Origin: Promethearchaeota archaeon
Lineage (GTDB): Archaea > Asgardarchaeota > Lokiarchaeia > Sigyniarchaeales > SOKP01
Direction of reading: 5' to 3'
DNA length: 64,000 bases
Assembly (NCBI GenBank): GCA_016839555.1
Contig: JAEOUA010000001.1
Location: 192,001 to 256,000 of the forward strand
A program made the translations under genes and the position numbers. Below the pieces are notes generated by a model that did not search any database, was not told the DNA's origin, and saw only the letters and a list, made by a program, of their open reading frames with translations. Within the stretch, counting starts at the first letter, position 1. Each line of letters starts with the position of its first letter. Of the stretch, positions 19,692 through 29,490 are shown one piece after another.

Positions 19692-20081
19692 TTGGAAAAA
19701 ATATTTATTGTCGAAGATGACAAATCTTTAAATTCCTTTTATAAAAAAGTTTTAAGATTAAACGGTTTTGAAGTAGTAGGGATAGCAGAGGATGGAGAAG
19801 AAGCAATTTCAATGTTTAAGGCATTCAAAAGTAAACCTCAAGTGATTTTGATGGATCATCATTTACCGAAAAAGAACGGCATAGAAGCTTCAAAAGAAAT
19901 TTTGCAAATAGATCCTAATATAAAAATTATTTTTATTACAGGGGATAAATCAATAGAGGGAGAGGCTTTCGCCTGCGGAGCTTTTTCTTTTTTAGAGAAA
20001 CCATTTACAATCAAATCATTGATACAAACTATCAAGAGAGCTATGAAAAGTTATAACTTACAAAACTATATCAGTCAATAA
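19692..20081 (+). CDS. Single-domain response regulator (CheY-like receiver)
   Basis: IVEDD, MDHHLPKKNG (phospho-Asp), FITG, FLEKPF. Confidence 0.93.
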   Translation: MEKIFIVEDDKSLNSFYKKVLRLNGFEVVGIAEDGEEAISMFKAFKSKPQVILMDHHLPKKNGIEASKEILQIDPNIKIIFITGDKSIEGEAFACGAFSFLEKPFTIKSLIQTIKRAMKSYNLQNYISQ

Positions 20082-20794
20082 GAAAAGAATTTTTGCTCTG
20101 TTTTATGAAAGTTCCTTTAAAATAAGGAGTATAAAAGGAGATGCCTTCTCACTCATTCATTTAAAAAAATTCATTTTGCTTTAAAATTTTACATAGATTA
20201 ATAGATGATTTTTATTCATAAGTTAAAACTTTTCGAAACAGAGTTTATTTAAAAAGATAAATATCAAGATGTAAATTAAATGTTTCAATTTTTAACTGAG
20301 TCTTGTTTAAAGATATTTTTGAATTTTCAGAATCACATTTATTTCGATCCCATGGAAAAGGTATGGGTGTGCCATTTGTTGGTCTATATTTAAAAACTCT
20401 GTTAGGAAATTGAATTTTCGCGATGATATTTTTGGGACCAATATTTGTTTTTATTCTAAGATCATTATCTAATGTGTTTGCTATTTCTTTATCAAGACCC
20501 TTATAATTTTATATTTATCTTTTAGGATTTGGATGAAATTACAATTATATTGAAAAATCTGTTTTATAAAGCTTAATTCAGATAAACTAAGTTTTAAATA
20601 AAAATACCAATATATCATAAATATAAAAAGATTGAAGGATGAATTTTTATTAACTGGGAAGAAGTGGAAATATAAAGCAGAAATATGGAAACTTGATTCC
20701 GGAAAATATAATTATAAGATACTTTTAAATCATGAAATAAAAAAAGAAGAATATCAAGAATATTATAAAACCAAAAAGTGTTTAATAAAAAATT

Positions 20795-20867
20795 TATTAA
20801 TGCTAAGATTGCGATCTCTCGAGAAATAGATTTACCAAGTACAAACTATTAATGCTAAGATTGCGAT
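20795..20867. repeat. Perfect 21-bp direct repeat separated by 31 bp
   Basis: TATTAATGCTAAGATTGCGAT at 20795-20815 and 20847-20867. Confidence 0.9.
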
Positions 20868-21661
20868 AATTGAAATTATAGTACCATTACTGAACATCCA
20901 AACAAAAATAGACAATACAAAGTATGGAATAAATGTATTGGTAAAAATCTTCAATTTTTGAGATGAATCTTCATAAAAGTTTTCTCATATGTGAGAAAGA
21001 TAATGATATCCTTTTAGAAATTGACAGAAAAAGATCTTTAAAAATTTGAATTGAAATTCAGATCTGAATCATTAGAACTATATTACAAATTCAAATATTA
21101 AAATTTCTGTGTTATACATTATTTTTGAGAGAAGAGAGCGGAAATTTTTTTTCGTGATATGAAAATAAAAATAGTACAAAGGGAAGGCAATTTTTCGACA
21201 ATATTGGAAGTATTAAATTTGTCTTTCTTTCATTAGAGAAAAATAGGCTAGACCGGTTATTATTTACAATCCCTCCTATAAAAGTCCTTTTCTTACGATC
21301 TTTTGAGAAATTTGAGCAAATTCCATCTTATATTCACTCCCATCCATCACCTTACTTTAGTTTATGGTTCCTTCTTAATTAAAGAAAAAAGAAGAAAAAT
21401 GAAAGATTTTTTACCATCACTTCTAAATATGGAAATGTGAAATCCTCAATTAAAATTTGTTAATTTTTTTTATTGCACACTCATGTACCATCCTTTTGTT
21501 AAGAATATTCTCTCAAATCCTTTATTTCTTAAGGAAATATTTATTCTTAATGCTTGGGTTCACCTCTTTCATTAGTTCTTTCCAATGAGCATATAAATAA
21601 GGAATATAATATTTATCTTTTGATAGTTTCTTATAATGATATATTATTTATATAATATACA

Positions 21662-21755
21662 TTCCCAACCTTCAAGAGAGTTGGATAGGGCTCGGTGCTT
21701 CTATTTCTCATTTTTTTGGAGTCGATAACTTAAGATCTATCCTAAAGGTTGAGAA
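21662..21755. ncRNA. Candidate structured RNA or MITE-like nested inverted repeat
   Basis: TTCCCAACCTT (21662-72) pairs with AAGGTTGAGAA (21745-55) with one mismatch; GGATAGG (21683-89) pairs with TCTATCC (21736-42). More GC-rich than its flanks. Confidence 0.35.
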
Positions 21756-21861
21756 AAACGCAAAACAAACTTAAGTTTTAATATTATAATTTTTATTAGG
21801 TATATGTAGTTAAATTTATTTTCAAAAAATTTAACAATAAATTTAATAACAGGTGATATAA

Positions 21862-22578
21862 TTGAATTTAAGTTTAATTGAATTTTTTAATGGTTTATTT
21901 AGCCTCTTAACTATATCAATCTGCTTTCTTGTTGGATTGATCATAGTGTTAAAATACTTTCAGTTTAAAAAAATAGAACTGTTATTCATCGGTTTAGCGT
22001 GGATGGGAGTATATCAACCTTGGTGGCCCTCAGCACTAGCATTTGTTCTCGCGTTGTTTAATATCGAAGTAGGACTGGTACTTTATATTTTTATTGGAAA
22101 CATATTTATTTCCCTTTCAGTGTTTTTATGGTTTATGGGTTTCACAGAGTTAATATTAAGCAAAAGGAAAAAACTCATTGTGGGAATCTATACAGCAATA
22201 ACAATATTAATGGACATTTATATTATTTACTTCTTATTTAATGATTATGCGGTAATAGGTCAATTTGAAGGGTTTGCGGATATCAAATATGAACCTCTAA
22301 TGTCGATCTATCTTATGTTTATTAATATTTCATTAGCTGTGTCCGTGAGCATAATGGGAAGAGAATCCTTAAAGTCAAATGAAAAAGATCTTAAAACAAA
22401 AGGTAAATGTTTAATCGCTGCTTCAATTTGTTATTTTTTGGGAGGCATTTTAGATGTAGGTGTGTTTTCAATGATTCCACCGGCACTAATGATATCCAGA
22501 TCGATTTTAATTTCGGGATCAATCCTATTTTATATGGGATTCTTATTACCTGAATTCATTAGAAAGAGGGTTCAATAA
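21862..22578 (+). CDS. Polytopic (~7 TM) membrane protein of unknown function
   Basis: About seven hydrophobic helices with short loops; no enzymatic motif. Confidence 0.75.
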   Translation: MNLSLIEFFNGLFSLLTISICFLVGLIIVLKYFQFKKIELLFIGLAWMGVYQPWWPSALAFVLALFNIEVGLVLYIFIGNIFISLSVFLWFMGFTELILSKRKKLIVGIYTAITILMDIYIIYFLFNDYAVIGQFEGFADIKYEPLMSIYLMFINISLAVSVSIMGRESLKSNEKDLKTKGKCLIAASICYFLGGILDVGVFSMIPPALMISRSILISGSILFYMGFLLPEFIRKRVQ

Positions 22579-23010
22579 CAAACTCTTTATATTTAAAGTG
22601 TTTGTTTATCATATTAAATGATTATTGCTTTTAAAGGGACTTAAAGGCATATCATCTTGCAGATTGACCTCATTAAATCCTCAGGTATTACCCACAACTA
22701 TATTATTAAAAGTTTTTATAGGTAGTTTTTTATATATATTTTTTGATTTTATGAGTAAATAAAAGATTATGAGATTAATGAATAAAACTTATTTCTATCC
22801 TAAGCCCTTATCTGGCTGGGTCGTTCATAAACATATAGACAAGATTGAATGATTAAAAATTCTCATTGTTTGAATCCTATATAGATACATTTTAAAATAG
22901 GAATCGAATAAATCAATAATAAAAAGTATTATTCTTTAAGAAAGGAGTATATAAAAATAATGCTATTAAAAAAAGTAAAAAAAAAAAATATTTCCAAAAA
23001 ATATAGAATT

Positions 23011-23253
23011 TTATGAATATTTTTCTTCAAATGATTTTAATTTTTTAGTAATTTCGTCTTTAAGTGATCCAACAATTACCTCTTTTCCTTTTTCTTTCAA
23101 ACTTTGAGCGTATTTCATAAAGTTATGTAGCACTGGACCTGAAGGTAATTTGTCTCTTATTTTTTCTATATAACTCCTTAAATCAATACTTTTAATATCC
23201 TCTTCTATTTTATTATAGAGATCTTTGAAAAATTCATATATCTCTGCTTTCAT
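23011..23253 (-). CDS. Helical domain, in-frame continuation of the 23305-25113 ORF
   Basis: Same frame as the upstream ORF, separated only by TAA (23305-23307) and 17 sense codons. Confidence 0.55.
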   Translation of the reverse strand: MKAEIYEFFKDLYNKIEEDIKSIDLRSYIEKIRDKLPSGPVLHNFMKYAQSLKEKGKEVIVGSLKDEITKKLKSFEEKYS

Positions 23254-23304
23254 TTTGGTTGTAATGGCAGATACAGAATTCTCTGATTCTGGAGTTGCTG
23301 AAAC

Positions 23305-25113
23305 TTATTCATTTTGGGAAATGGCATTCCTCCCCTTAACAATTACATTAGGTTCAGTCCTAGGATATTCCCCGCTTCCTGTGCACGTAAATTTTATCGC
23401 TATGGATTCATTTCCCTCCAATTCGGCAATTTGCGCTGATAATTCAGATTCACTTACTTTAAATTCGAGTTCTTCAGGATGGAGATTTATAACATCAAAC
23501 CCAGGAGGGATTTTATCTTTTACAACAATGTTTTCAAGCTCGACTTTTCCTTCATTCTGAATCCGAATAGATATATCAAATTCTCCTTCAGACGATCCGG
23601 GTCTGATGCTCTTTAGAGTCTTGAGTTTTCTTTTAACGTACTTAATTCTAATTTCTGGTTCTACTTCTGGAGTTTTAATAAATTCCTTACCCTCAATAAC
23701 AGAATTTGCTCCTATTTCAACCTGATTAATATATTTTGTTTCTGGTTTAGGATTTTTGGCTAAAAGAGGATATATCATCTTAAATTGAATATTTGGTTCA
23801 AAATCTTCTGCTAATTTTATTAATTCAATATTTATTCTGTGGGATTTATCAGGACTCATATCTTCAGGAGAAATTTCTAAGTTTTTAGCGTTTTCTTCTC
23901 GATTATGAATCTCAATGGTATCCGTTTTGCCAAATATTCTTAATTTTATATCTTTTATTTTAGGAGGAATAAAATCTTCCGGAAGTTCATCAGTAATTCT
24001 TAAAAAATCTATAGGAGCCGTGCCTTTATTAGTAATTACATTCTCTATTGTCATATCGGTATTAGCATACGCATTCACTTCTGGCGGATTTATTACTTTC
24101 TCAACCTCAGCATTAATCACTTTATAGATTGTTGACTCTTTATCAAGATTACCTTTTACTCTCCTAATTACTTCATATAATGTTGTAAATTCAAAAGAAG
24201 ATTCTAATCTTGGGACATTTTCAGATTCAACTTGAAAATCAAAATCCCATGATTCATCTGGAGCTAGAGTTAAATTAGGTTCTTCTAAGACAATATGTTC
24301 ACTCCCTGTAGGAATTTTTTGATTTACACCAACTTTTTCAAGTTTTACTTCAAATTCAGAATCATTTATAAACTCTACGTTACAATCCCATGTGCCAGGC
24401 GAGGCACTTTCATCTGTGGTAACTCCACTTAATGAATCTGTTAAACCTCTGATTTCAGGGTCCATCATTGTTAATTGATGATCTTTAACTAAGTAAGTAA
24501 CATTGGTAGGCCCAAGTTCTTTTTCTTCAATAGTATTCACAATTATTTTAAAATTCAATTCCAATAGGGCAGTTTCGTTAGCTTCAATAGAATCTATTGA
24601 CCAATTGACAATTGTTTTTTCAGCTTCTTCATTTAACTGAACACTTCCAGTTTCATTAGAGGCTATTTCAACCTTTTCTATAAAATCTGGGAGCGGTCGT
24701 TTCAAGTTAATTTCTGAAATAGGGAGATCCAAGGTATTTTTTAATTTAATAGTTAATTTGCAGAGATTTGGTTCATTATAGAGAAGAACATTATTTAACT
24801 TATCCGGAATTTTTCTATTAGTATCAAAAATTTCTTCCAATTCAAGACAAGATTGTTCCAGATTTTCTATTTTATAAGATTTTTCAAATTTCTTACCTGG
24901 ATTGATTATTCCCATCTCCATTATTTTTTCAATATTAGTGTTCACAATTTCTTTAAGGTCCAAGACTGAGTTCCATAATCTACTTGTTTTTGAAAGATTT
25001 TTAACGGCTATTGTTCCTGAGCCTTTAATTTGTTTTATATTCACAGAACCATTTAATAGAGGCTTTTCTTCATCAGTGATATCAATTTTTATCAAATTTC
25101 TAAATTCTGACAT
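23305..25113 (-). CDS. Acidic multi-beta-sandwich (Ig/DUF11-like repeat) protein without signal peptide
   Basis: Repeated units LKNTLDLPISEINLKRPLP, ITNKGTAPIDFLRITDELP, IQNEGKVELENIVVKDKIP. Confidence 0.7.
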   Translation of the reverse strand: MSEFRNLIKIDITDEEKPLLNGSVNIKQIKGSGTIAVKNLSKTSRLWNSVLDLKEIVNTNIEKIMEMGIINPGKKFEKSYKIENLEQSCLELEEIFDTNRKIPDKLNNVLLYNEPNLCKLTIKLKNTLDLPISEINLKRPLPDFIEKVEIASNETGSVQLNEEAEKTIVNWSIDSIEANETALLELNFKIIVNTIEEKELGPTNVTYLVKDHQLTMMDPEIRGLTDSLSGVTTDESASPGTWDCNVEFINDSEFEVKLEKVGVNQKIPTGSEHIVLEEPNLTLAPDESWDFDFQVESENVPRLESSFEFTTLYEVIRRVKGNLDKESTIYKVINAEVEKVINPPEVNAYANTDMTIENVITNKGTAPIDFLRITDELPEDFIPPKIKDIKLRIFGKTDTIEIHNREENAKNLEISPEDMSPDKSHRINIELIKLAEDFEPNIQFKMIYPLLAKNPKPETKYINQVEIGANSVIEGKEFIKTPEVEPEIRIKYVKRKLKTLKSIRPGSSEGEFDISIRIQNEGKVELENIVVKDKIPPGFDVINLHPEELEFKVSESELSAQIAELEGNESIAIKFTCTGSGEYPRTEPNVIVKGRNAISQNE

Positions 25114-25219
25114 TTTAAATTCTATACCAATTTATGGTTAAGTTAAATTTTTTATATACTTGCTAATCAAAAAATATATAAAAATCTTAAATTAAAAGCT
25201 TTAGTATCTAAAAAATCTC

Positions 25220-25426
25220 TCGAAAGTTCAAGAAATTGAAAGGGAGACAGAAATGGGCTTTACGGTAGCGGGTAAAAGAGTTACCGGAATCGGACTTTAT
25301 AGTTGTGATTTGAAGATTTTCCCAAAAGCAATAACCAATCTAAAATCACTCAAGCAGCTAATTTTAGCGCGTAATAATATTTCGACTCTCCCCAAATCAA
25401 TAAGCAATCTTACATCACTCGAATAA
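25220..25426 (+). pseudogene. Leucine-rich-repeat gene fragment
   Basis: MGFTVAGKRVTGIGLYSCDLKIFPKAITNLKSLKQLILARNNISTLPKSISNLTSLE* (ATG 25253); LxxLxLxxNxLxxLPxxIxxL units, truncated. Confidence 0.75.
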
Positions 25427-25582
25427 GGCAATAAAAAATGGGAAAGATTCTCCTATTAAAGAATGGGAAATTAAAAAATTAGAAAGAAAAATTGAAGATT
25501 TAGAAAATCAAAAGCAAAAACTTAAAAAAATTTGTCAAAATAATAATATTATAATTCCAATTGATTTGTATTGAATAAAATA

Positions 25583-25940
25583 TTACTTAGCTAAATCTAT
25601 TACCGAATTATTATTAAGAGTAGGATATATAATCGATTCCCATTTTTCTTTCGGCCAGTAATATAAATAAAGCTGAATTGAAGGCTCTTTCTTTAACTCT
25701 TCATTTAGTTCTTCAAATGCTTTTTTCTGGTTTTTAATTGTTGAGGCTTTGCTAATATTCCATCTAATAATTAGCAATTCGTAAAGTTTTTCTTTGGTTT
25801 TTTGATGTATTTTAAAAATTTTTATTTTTTCCCAAAGAATTTAATTGCTGATGAATTTTGTTAGTAAGAAAGATTTCAGAATAAAATACTCCCTTCTTGG
25901 AATAAAATCCCCTGATAATATGATTTTTTAATACATTATG
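25583..25940 (-). pseudogene. Decayed hypothetical gene (includes ORF 25583-25777)
   Basis: Protein-like frame continues upstream of the ORF through internal TAA codons. Confidence 0.35.
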
Positions 25941-26061
25941 TATAAATAAACACCCTCATTAATTAGCAAATAAGGACTTTTAAATAGAACAATTATAATA
26001 TTTTAATATAGAAAATGTAAGAGATAGTATTATTGAAACGCTTAAGTTTTAAAAATTATAT

Positions 26062-26481
26062 ATGTATGTTAAATGGTTAGATATAAAGCATAAAAATGAA
26101 GGAAAGAGAGAAATTTCTATAGCAGACCTTTTTCCAATATTTATTTTCAATTTTATGACATCAATACTGTTTTTTTTTATGCTAATTTTATTATACGCTT
26201 TAATTTGTACTGATCTTGGTCTAATTAATGATGGTCTTTATGAGCTAAACAAATATCTTTCATTTATTCCGCTTATACTTCCTAATAATGATAAATTTCC
26301 TAAACCAATTATCATTTTTAGATTATTAGATAAATTCAATTTTAATCCTATAATTTTAGGGGCTCTAATCATCAATCAGATATGTTCTTATCTTGTTTGT
26401 AATGTACTAATGGATTATAATAATATACAAGCATCCCATAAATATGGTATTATAACTTTAATAATAAACTCAATTTTATAG
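26062..26481 (+). CDS. Hypothetical membrane protein, probably truncated
   Basis: Hydrophobic segments; hydrophobic sequence continues past the TAG. Confidence 0.45.
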   Translation: MYVKWLDIKHKNEGKREISIADLFPIFIFNFMTSILFFFMLILLYALICTDLGLINDGLYELNKYLSFIPLILPNNDKFPKPIIIFRLLDKFNFNPIILGALIINQICSYLVCNVLMDYNNIQASHKYGIITLIINSIL

Positions 26482-26669
26482 TTTTTAACGCCATTTAGCT
26501 TAACTATTTCACTATTTTTCTACAATTTAACTTATGTAATTGTTTTGAGAGTTTCAAGAATTGAAATAAGAATAGATAGTAACTAAAATATTAAGAATGA
26601 AAATTTTAATTAAAATTCCCTCATCTATAAGTTTATATTTTTTAAAAAATCTAAAAAATATAGAGACAA

Positions 26670-26930
26670 ACGGAAAAGGTATTAAAGACTGCTAAATGAA
26701 TACTTATTATTGGTTTTGCATTTAAAAATCCCTATGATGAAATAATAAATTATTTATTAAGAACGAATATAAAGGAGAACAGTGAAATATTAATAACAAA
26801 TCTTTTTCCAAATGAGAAAATAATTAACGAATTATTACCCGATTGTAACATTTCTTATTACAATCCAGTAGAAAAATCCGATCTTGAATTTAATAACTGA
26901 ATTATCTCTTTCTCAAATTTTTTAACCTAA
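26670..26930 (+). pseudogene. Remnant resembling the C-terminus of a SIR2-like (SIR2_2) domain
   Basis: TEKVLKTAK*ILIIGFAFKNPYDEIINYLL... resembles the (L/I)xIIG(Y/F)SF.D motif; contains internal stops. Confidence 0.3.
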
Positions 26931-27268
26931 TTATTTTTTATCAAATTTATCCTTTAGTTCTTTTAATGTAGCGTATATCTCGGAATTATCCAAAATTAAA
27001 TCGAACCATTTCCCCCGTCTCATATTCTTAAAAGAGTAAATAATATCGTTCCAAAAAATCGTCTCAGAGCTGAATAAGTTGATTTCTTAAGGCAGAGTTT
27101 ACTTTATATCATTGGTTTTATATATGCTATATTTTTTCATATTATTAATTTTTCGCTTCTTAAGGTAAGAACGTCCTTCTGGTTCGATAACCTTCACTTC
27201 ATGTTCTCTTAATACAGTACGAAATAAATCTTGAAAAACAAAAAATTCTTTTACGGGAATTCTCTGAT

Positions 27269-27811
27269 TTATTTTTTATCTTTCTTTTTAAACAATTTTT
27301 TCAATGAACTTATCAAGCCTTCCTCCTTTTTATGCCGCTCCTTCTTTTCAACTTTTATATCTCCCTCTCTCTCTTTTCTTTTTCGTTGGAGGATATAATA
27401 GCACCTATTTTTACCGGATGTTAATATACATTCTTTTATATCAATATTATAGGAATACTCATGGTTCATCTCATTAAGAAATCCGATTGTGTATGGTAAG
27501 CATATGGATTGTTGGATAAGATCCTTCTTTGAGGGATTTAATTCACCACCTATTGGACAAAAATCTTCTTTATATAGGATTTTAATTTCAAATTCATTTT
27601 TTTTTACTTCTCTGATTTCGGGAGAGGCAGTAAGCACTTCATAACTTCTATGAAGCCCTGATTGAATATCATTTATACCTTTTTCTTTATAGACCGTCGC
27701 TAATTTTGCCCCTAAACCGGATGAGATTGACTTTGGAAGATTTTCCCCGCCAATTTCTATCAATTCTGAGATATACGCTTGGAAAAATTTTAACGCATCT
27801 TGTGTGGGCAT
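27269..27811 (-). CDS. V4R-like domain protein
   Basis: FCPIGG...ICLPYTIGFL...ECILTSGKNRCYY: Cys spacing of the V4R / H-NOX / Bet3 superfamily; basic tail. Confidence 0.65.
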   Translation of the reverse strand: MPTQDALKFFQAYISELIEIGGENLPKSISSGLGAKLATVYKEKGINDIQSGLHRSYEVLTASPEIREVKKNEFEIKILYKEDFCPIGGELNPSKKDLIQQSICLPYTIGFLNEMNHEYSYNIDIKECILTSGKNRCYYILQRKRKEREGDIKVEKKERHKKEEGLISSLKKLFKKKDKK

Positions 27812-28368
27812 CTAACTAACACCTTTTTAGAAATTCCTATAGGATATATGAAATTTTATATACTTAAATTTTTTTATTTTATTTATAAAAAAGGTTTCGC
27901 ATCAATCCCTCGCCATTAATTTCTTTATGCTGATTTGATTTAAAAAAGAAGATTGAATAATTCATGAATATATGAAAATTAACTTTTGATAAAAATTAAC
28001 CAAAATTTAGATCAATAAATGATTTTATATATAATACAGAAATAGAATATTTCTTGAATATAATATAATAAAGAAAAAGATTAAAATACTTATCTAGATC
28101 TCATATTAATATCCATTATATTTCCAAATTTAATATCCCCCTTATAAAGCTCTATTTCACCGATATATCTCATAAATTTCATCATCGCTTTCTTCAACCC
28201 ATTCCATACTTGGAGAGTTAAAATTTATTTTCAATCTTTCTATGGTTTAATTATTAAAATTTATTTTTAATATTGCACAGTTATTAGAATATCATACTAA
28301 GATTTTTTATCTTAGATTGCTTTATAAATAGTGGAATTCATAACAATTATCAAGGTGGATATTTTAAT

Positions 28369-29373
28369 ATGAAAGTCGGCTGGATATATAAAATCATTTT
28401 AATTGGCTCAAATGGTTCCGGAAAATCCGCCTTTATTAATTATGATAAAAATAATCAGAAACTTTTCAATAATCTCAGAGAGAACATTGGTCTGGATTTT
28501 TTTTTTAAAAGAGTGAAAGTAGACGATGATCTCCATTGTCAATTACAAATATGGGATGTTAATGTTGCCGAAAATTTTTATTTTTTAATTCCCTCTTATT
28601 TTCGGGGAACTGCTCTTTTTCTTTTATTTTTTGATCTCACAGATCCTCACTCTTTTATTAATCTTCCGATTTGGATAGACATTATTCATGCGTTTTCTGA
28701 GGAGGTTCCTATTGTATTAATAGGCACAAAATCCGATTTAAACCCAACTGTTCTCCATGAAGATATAATGAGTTTTGCTCATACTTATGACCTTATTGGT
28801 CCTTATTTCATTTCAATCGAAAGTGGATTTAATATAGATGTTATTTTTAATCATGTTGCCGAGATTTTAACCGGAGTGAATATCTTATCTAAAAGAGAAA
28901 AAAATTATTTAAGACGAAATCTCGGCAAAATCGAAGAATATTCTCAAATTGAAACTTCAGATCAAAGATATTTCAATCCAAACGAAAATGTTTCTATTTC
29001 TACTTCAAATTTAGATGATTTAACCCACACAAATGAGCTTCGTGATAATTTGCTAAGATTGAGGGATATTATGCGAGGAGAAGTGGAATTTCAAGCTTCG
29101 AAAAAAATCAAATTATCCTTAGGAAAGCGAAAAAAATTAGCTGAATTTTTAAATTTCTTTAAATTTTGCCCCATTTGTAATTCAAGAAATCATTCTAGTT
29201 ATCTTAAGCGTTTTTATTTTAGTAAAGATAAGAAAAAAATTAAAATTAAACAACAATTATTAGAACTAATGAGAAAATCAGTAGATTTTAAGAAAAGATA
29301 TTATAATCACATAACTTTAGGAATCCCGTGCTGTAAATGTTTCCAAAAATATTGCAAAACCTCTAAAAATTGA
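28369..29373 (+). CDS. Rab-like small GTPase (degenerate) with C-terminal Cys-rich domain
   Basis: YKIILIGSNGSGKS, IGLDF, LQIWD, YFRG, FDLT, LIGTKSDL; C-terminal CPIC...H...CCKC. Confidence 0.85.
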   Translation: MKVGWIYKIILIGSNGSGKSAFINYDKNNQKLFNNLRENIGLDFFFKRVKVDDDLHCQLQIWDVNVAENFYFLIPSYFRGTALFLLFFDLTDPHSFINLPIWIDIIHAFSEEVPIVLIGTKSDLNPTVLHEDIMSFAHTYDLIGPYFISIESGFNIDVIFNHVAEILTGVNILSKREKNYLRRNLGKIEEYSQIETSDQRYFNPNENVSISTSNLDDLTHTNELRDNLLRLRDIMRGEVEFQASKKIKLSLGKRKKLAEFLNFFKFCPICNSRNHSSYLKRFYFSKDKKKIKIKQQLLELMRKSVDFKKRYYNHITLGIPCCKCFQKYCKTSKN

Positions 29374-29490
29374 ATATAATTCTCAAAAAAATATAAATTC
29401 GATTTACTTCTCTTATTTATTTTCAAATAAAAATCTAATTTTGTATAGCCGAGAAATTTCTATATCAATTTATACTAAGAATACAATAAT

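Noticed and set aside
20632-20829. 65-aa plus-strand ORF as a real gene
   Set aside because: TTG start, Lys-rich composition that mirrors a hydrophobic minus-strand frame, and it ends inside the repeat insertion.
20795-20867. CRISPR array
   Set aside because: Only two 21-bp copies and one spacer, with no cas genes; kept only as a repeat/insertion finding.
21662-21755. SAM-I riboswitch (TCAAGAGAG..GG..AGGG) or tracrRNA-like (minus strand GTTATCGACT...GCACCGAG) identity
   Set aside because: Only short word matches; the SAM-I P1/P3 core and GCAACC are missing, and there is no cas9 or anti-repeat.
23305-23307. Selenocysteine or pyrrolysine recoding
   Set aside because: The interrupting codon is TAA and lies in a low-complexity linker.
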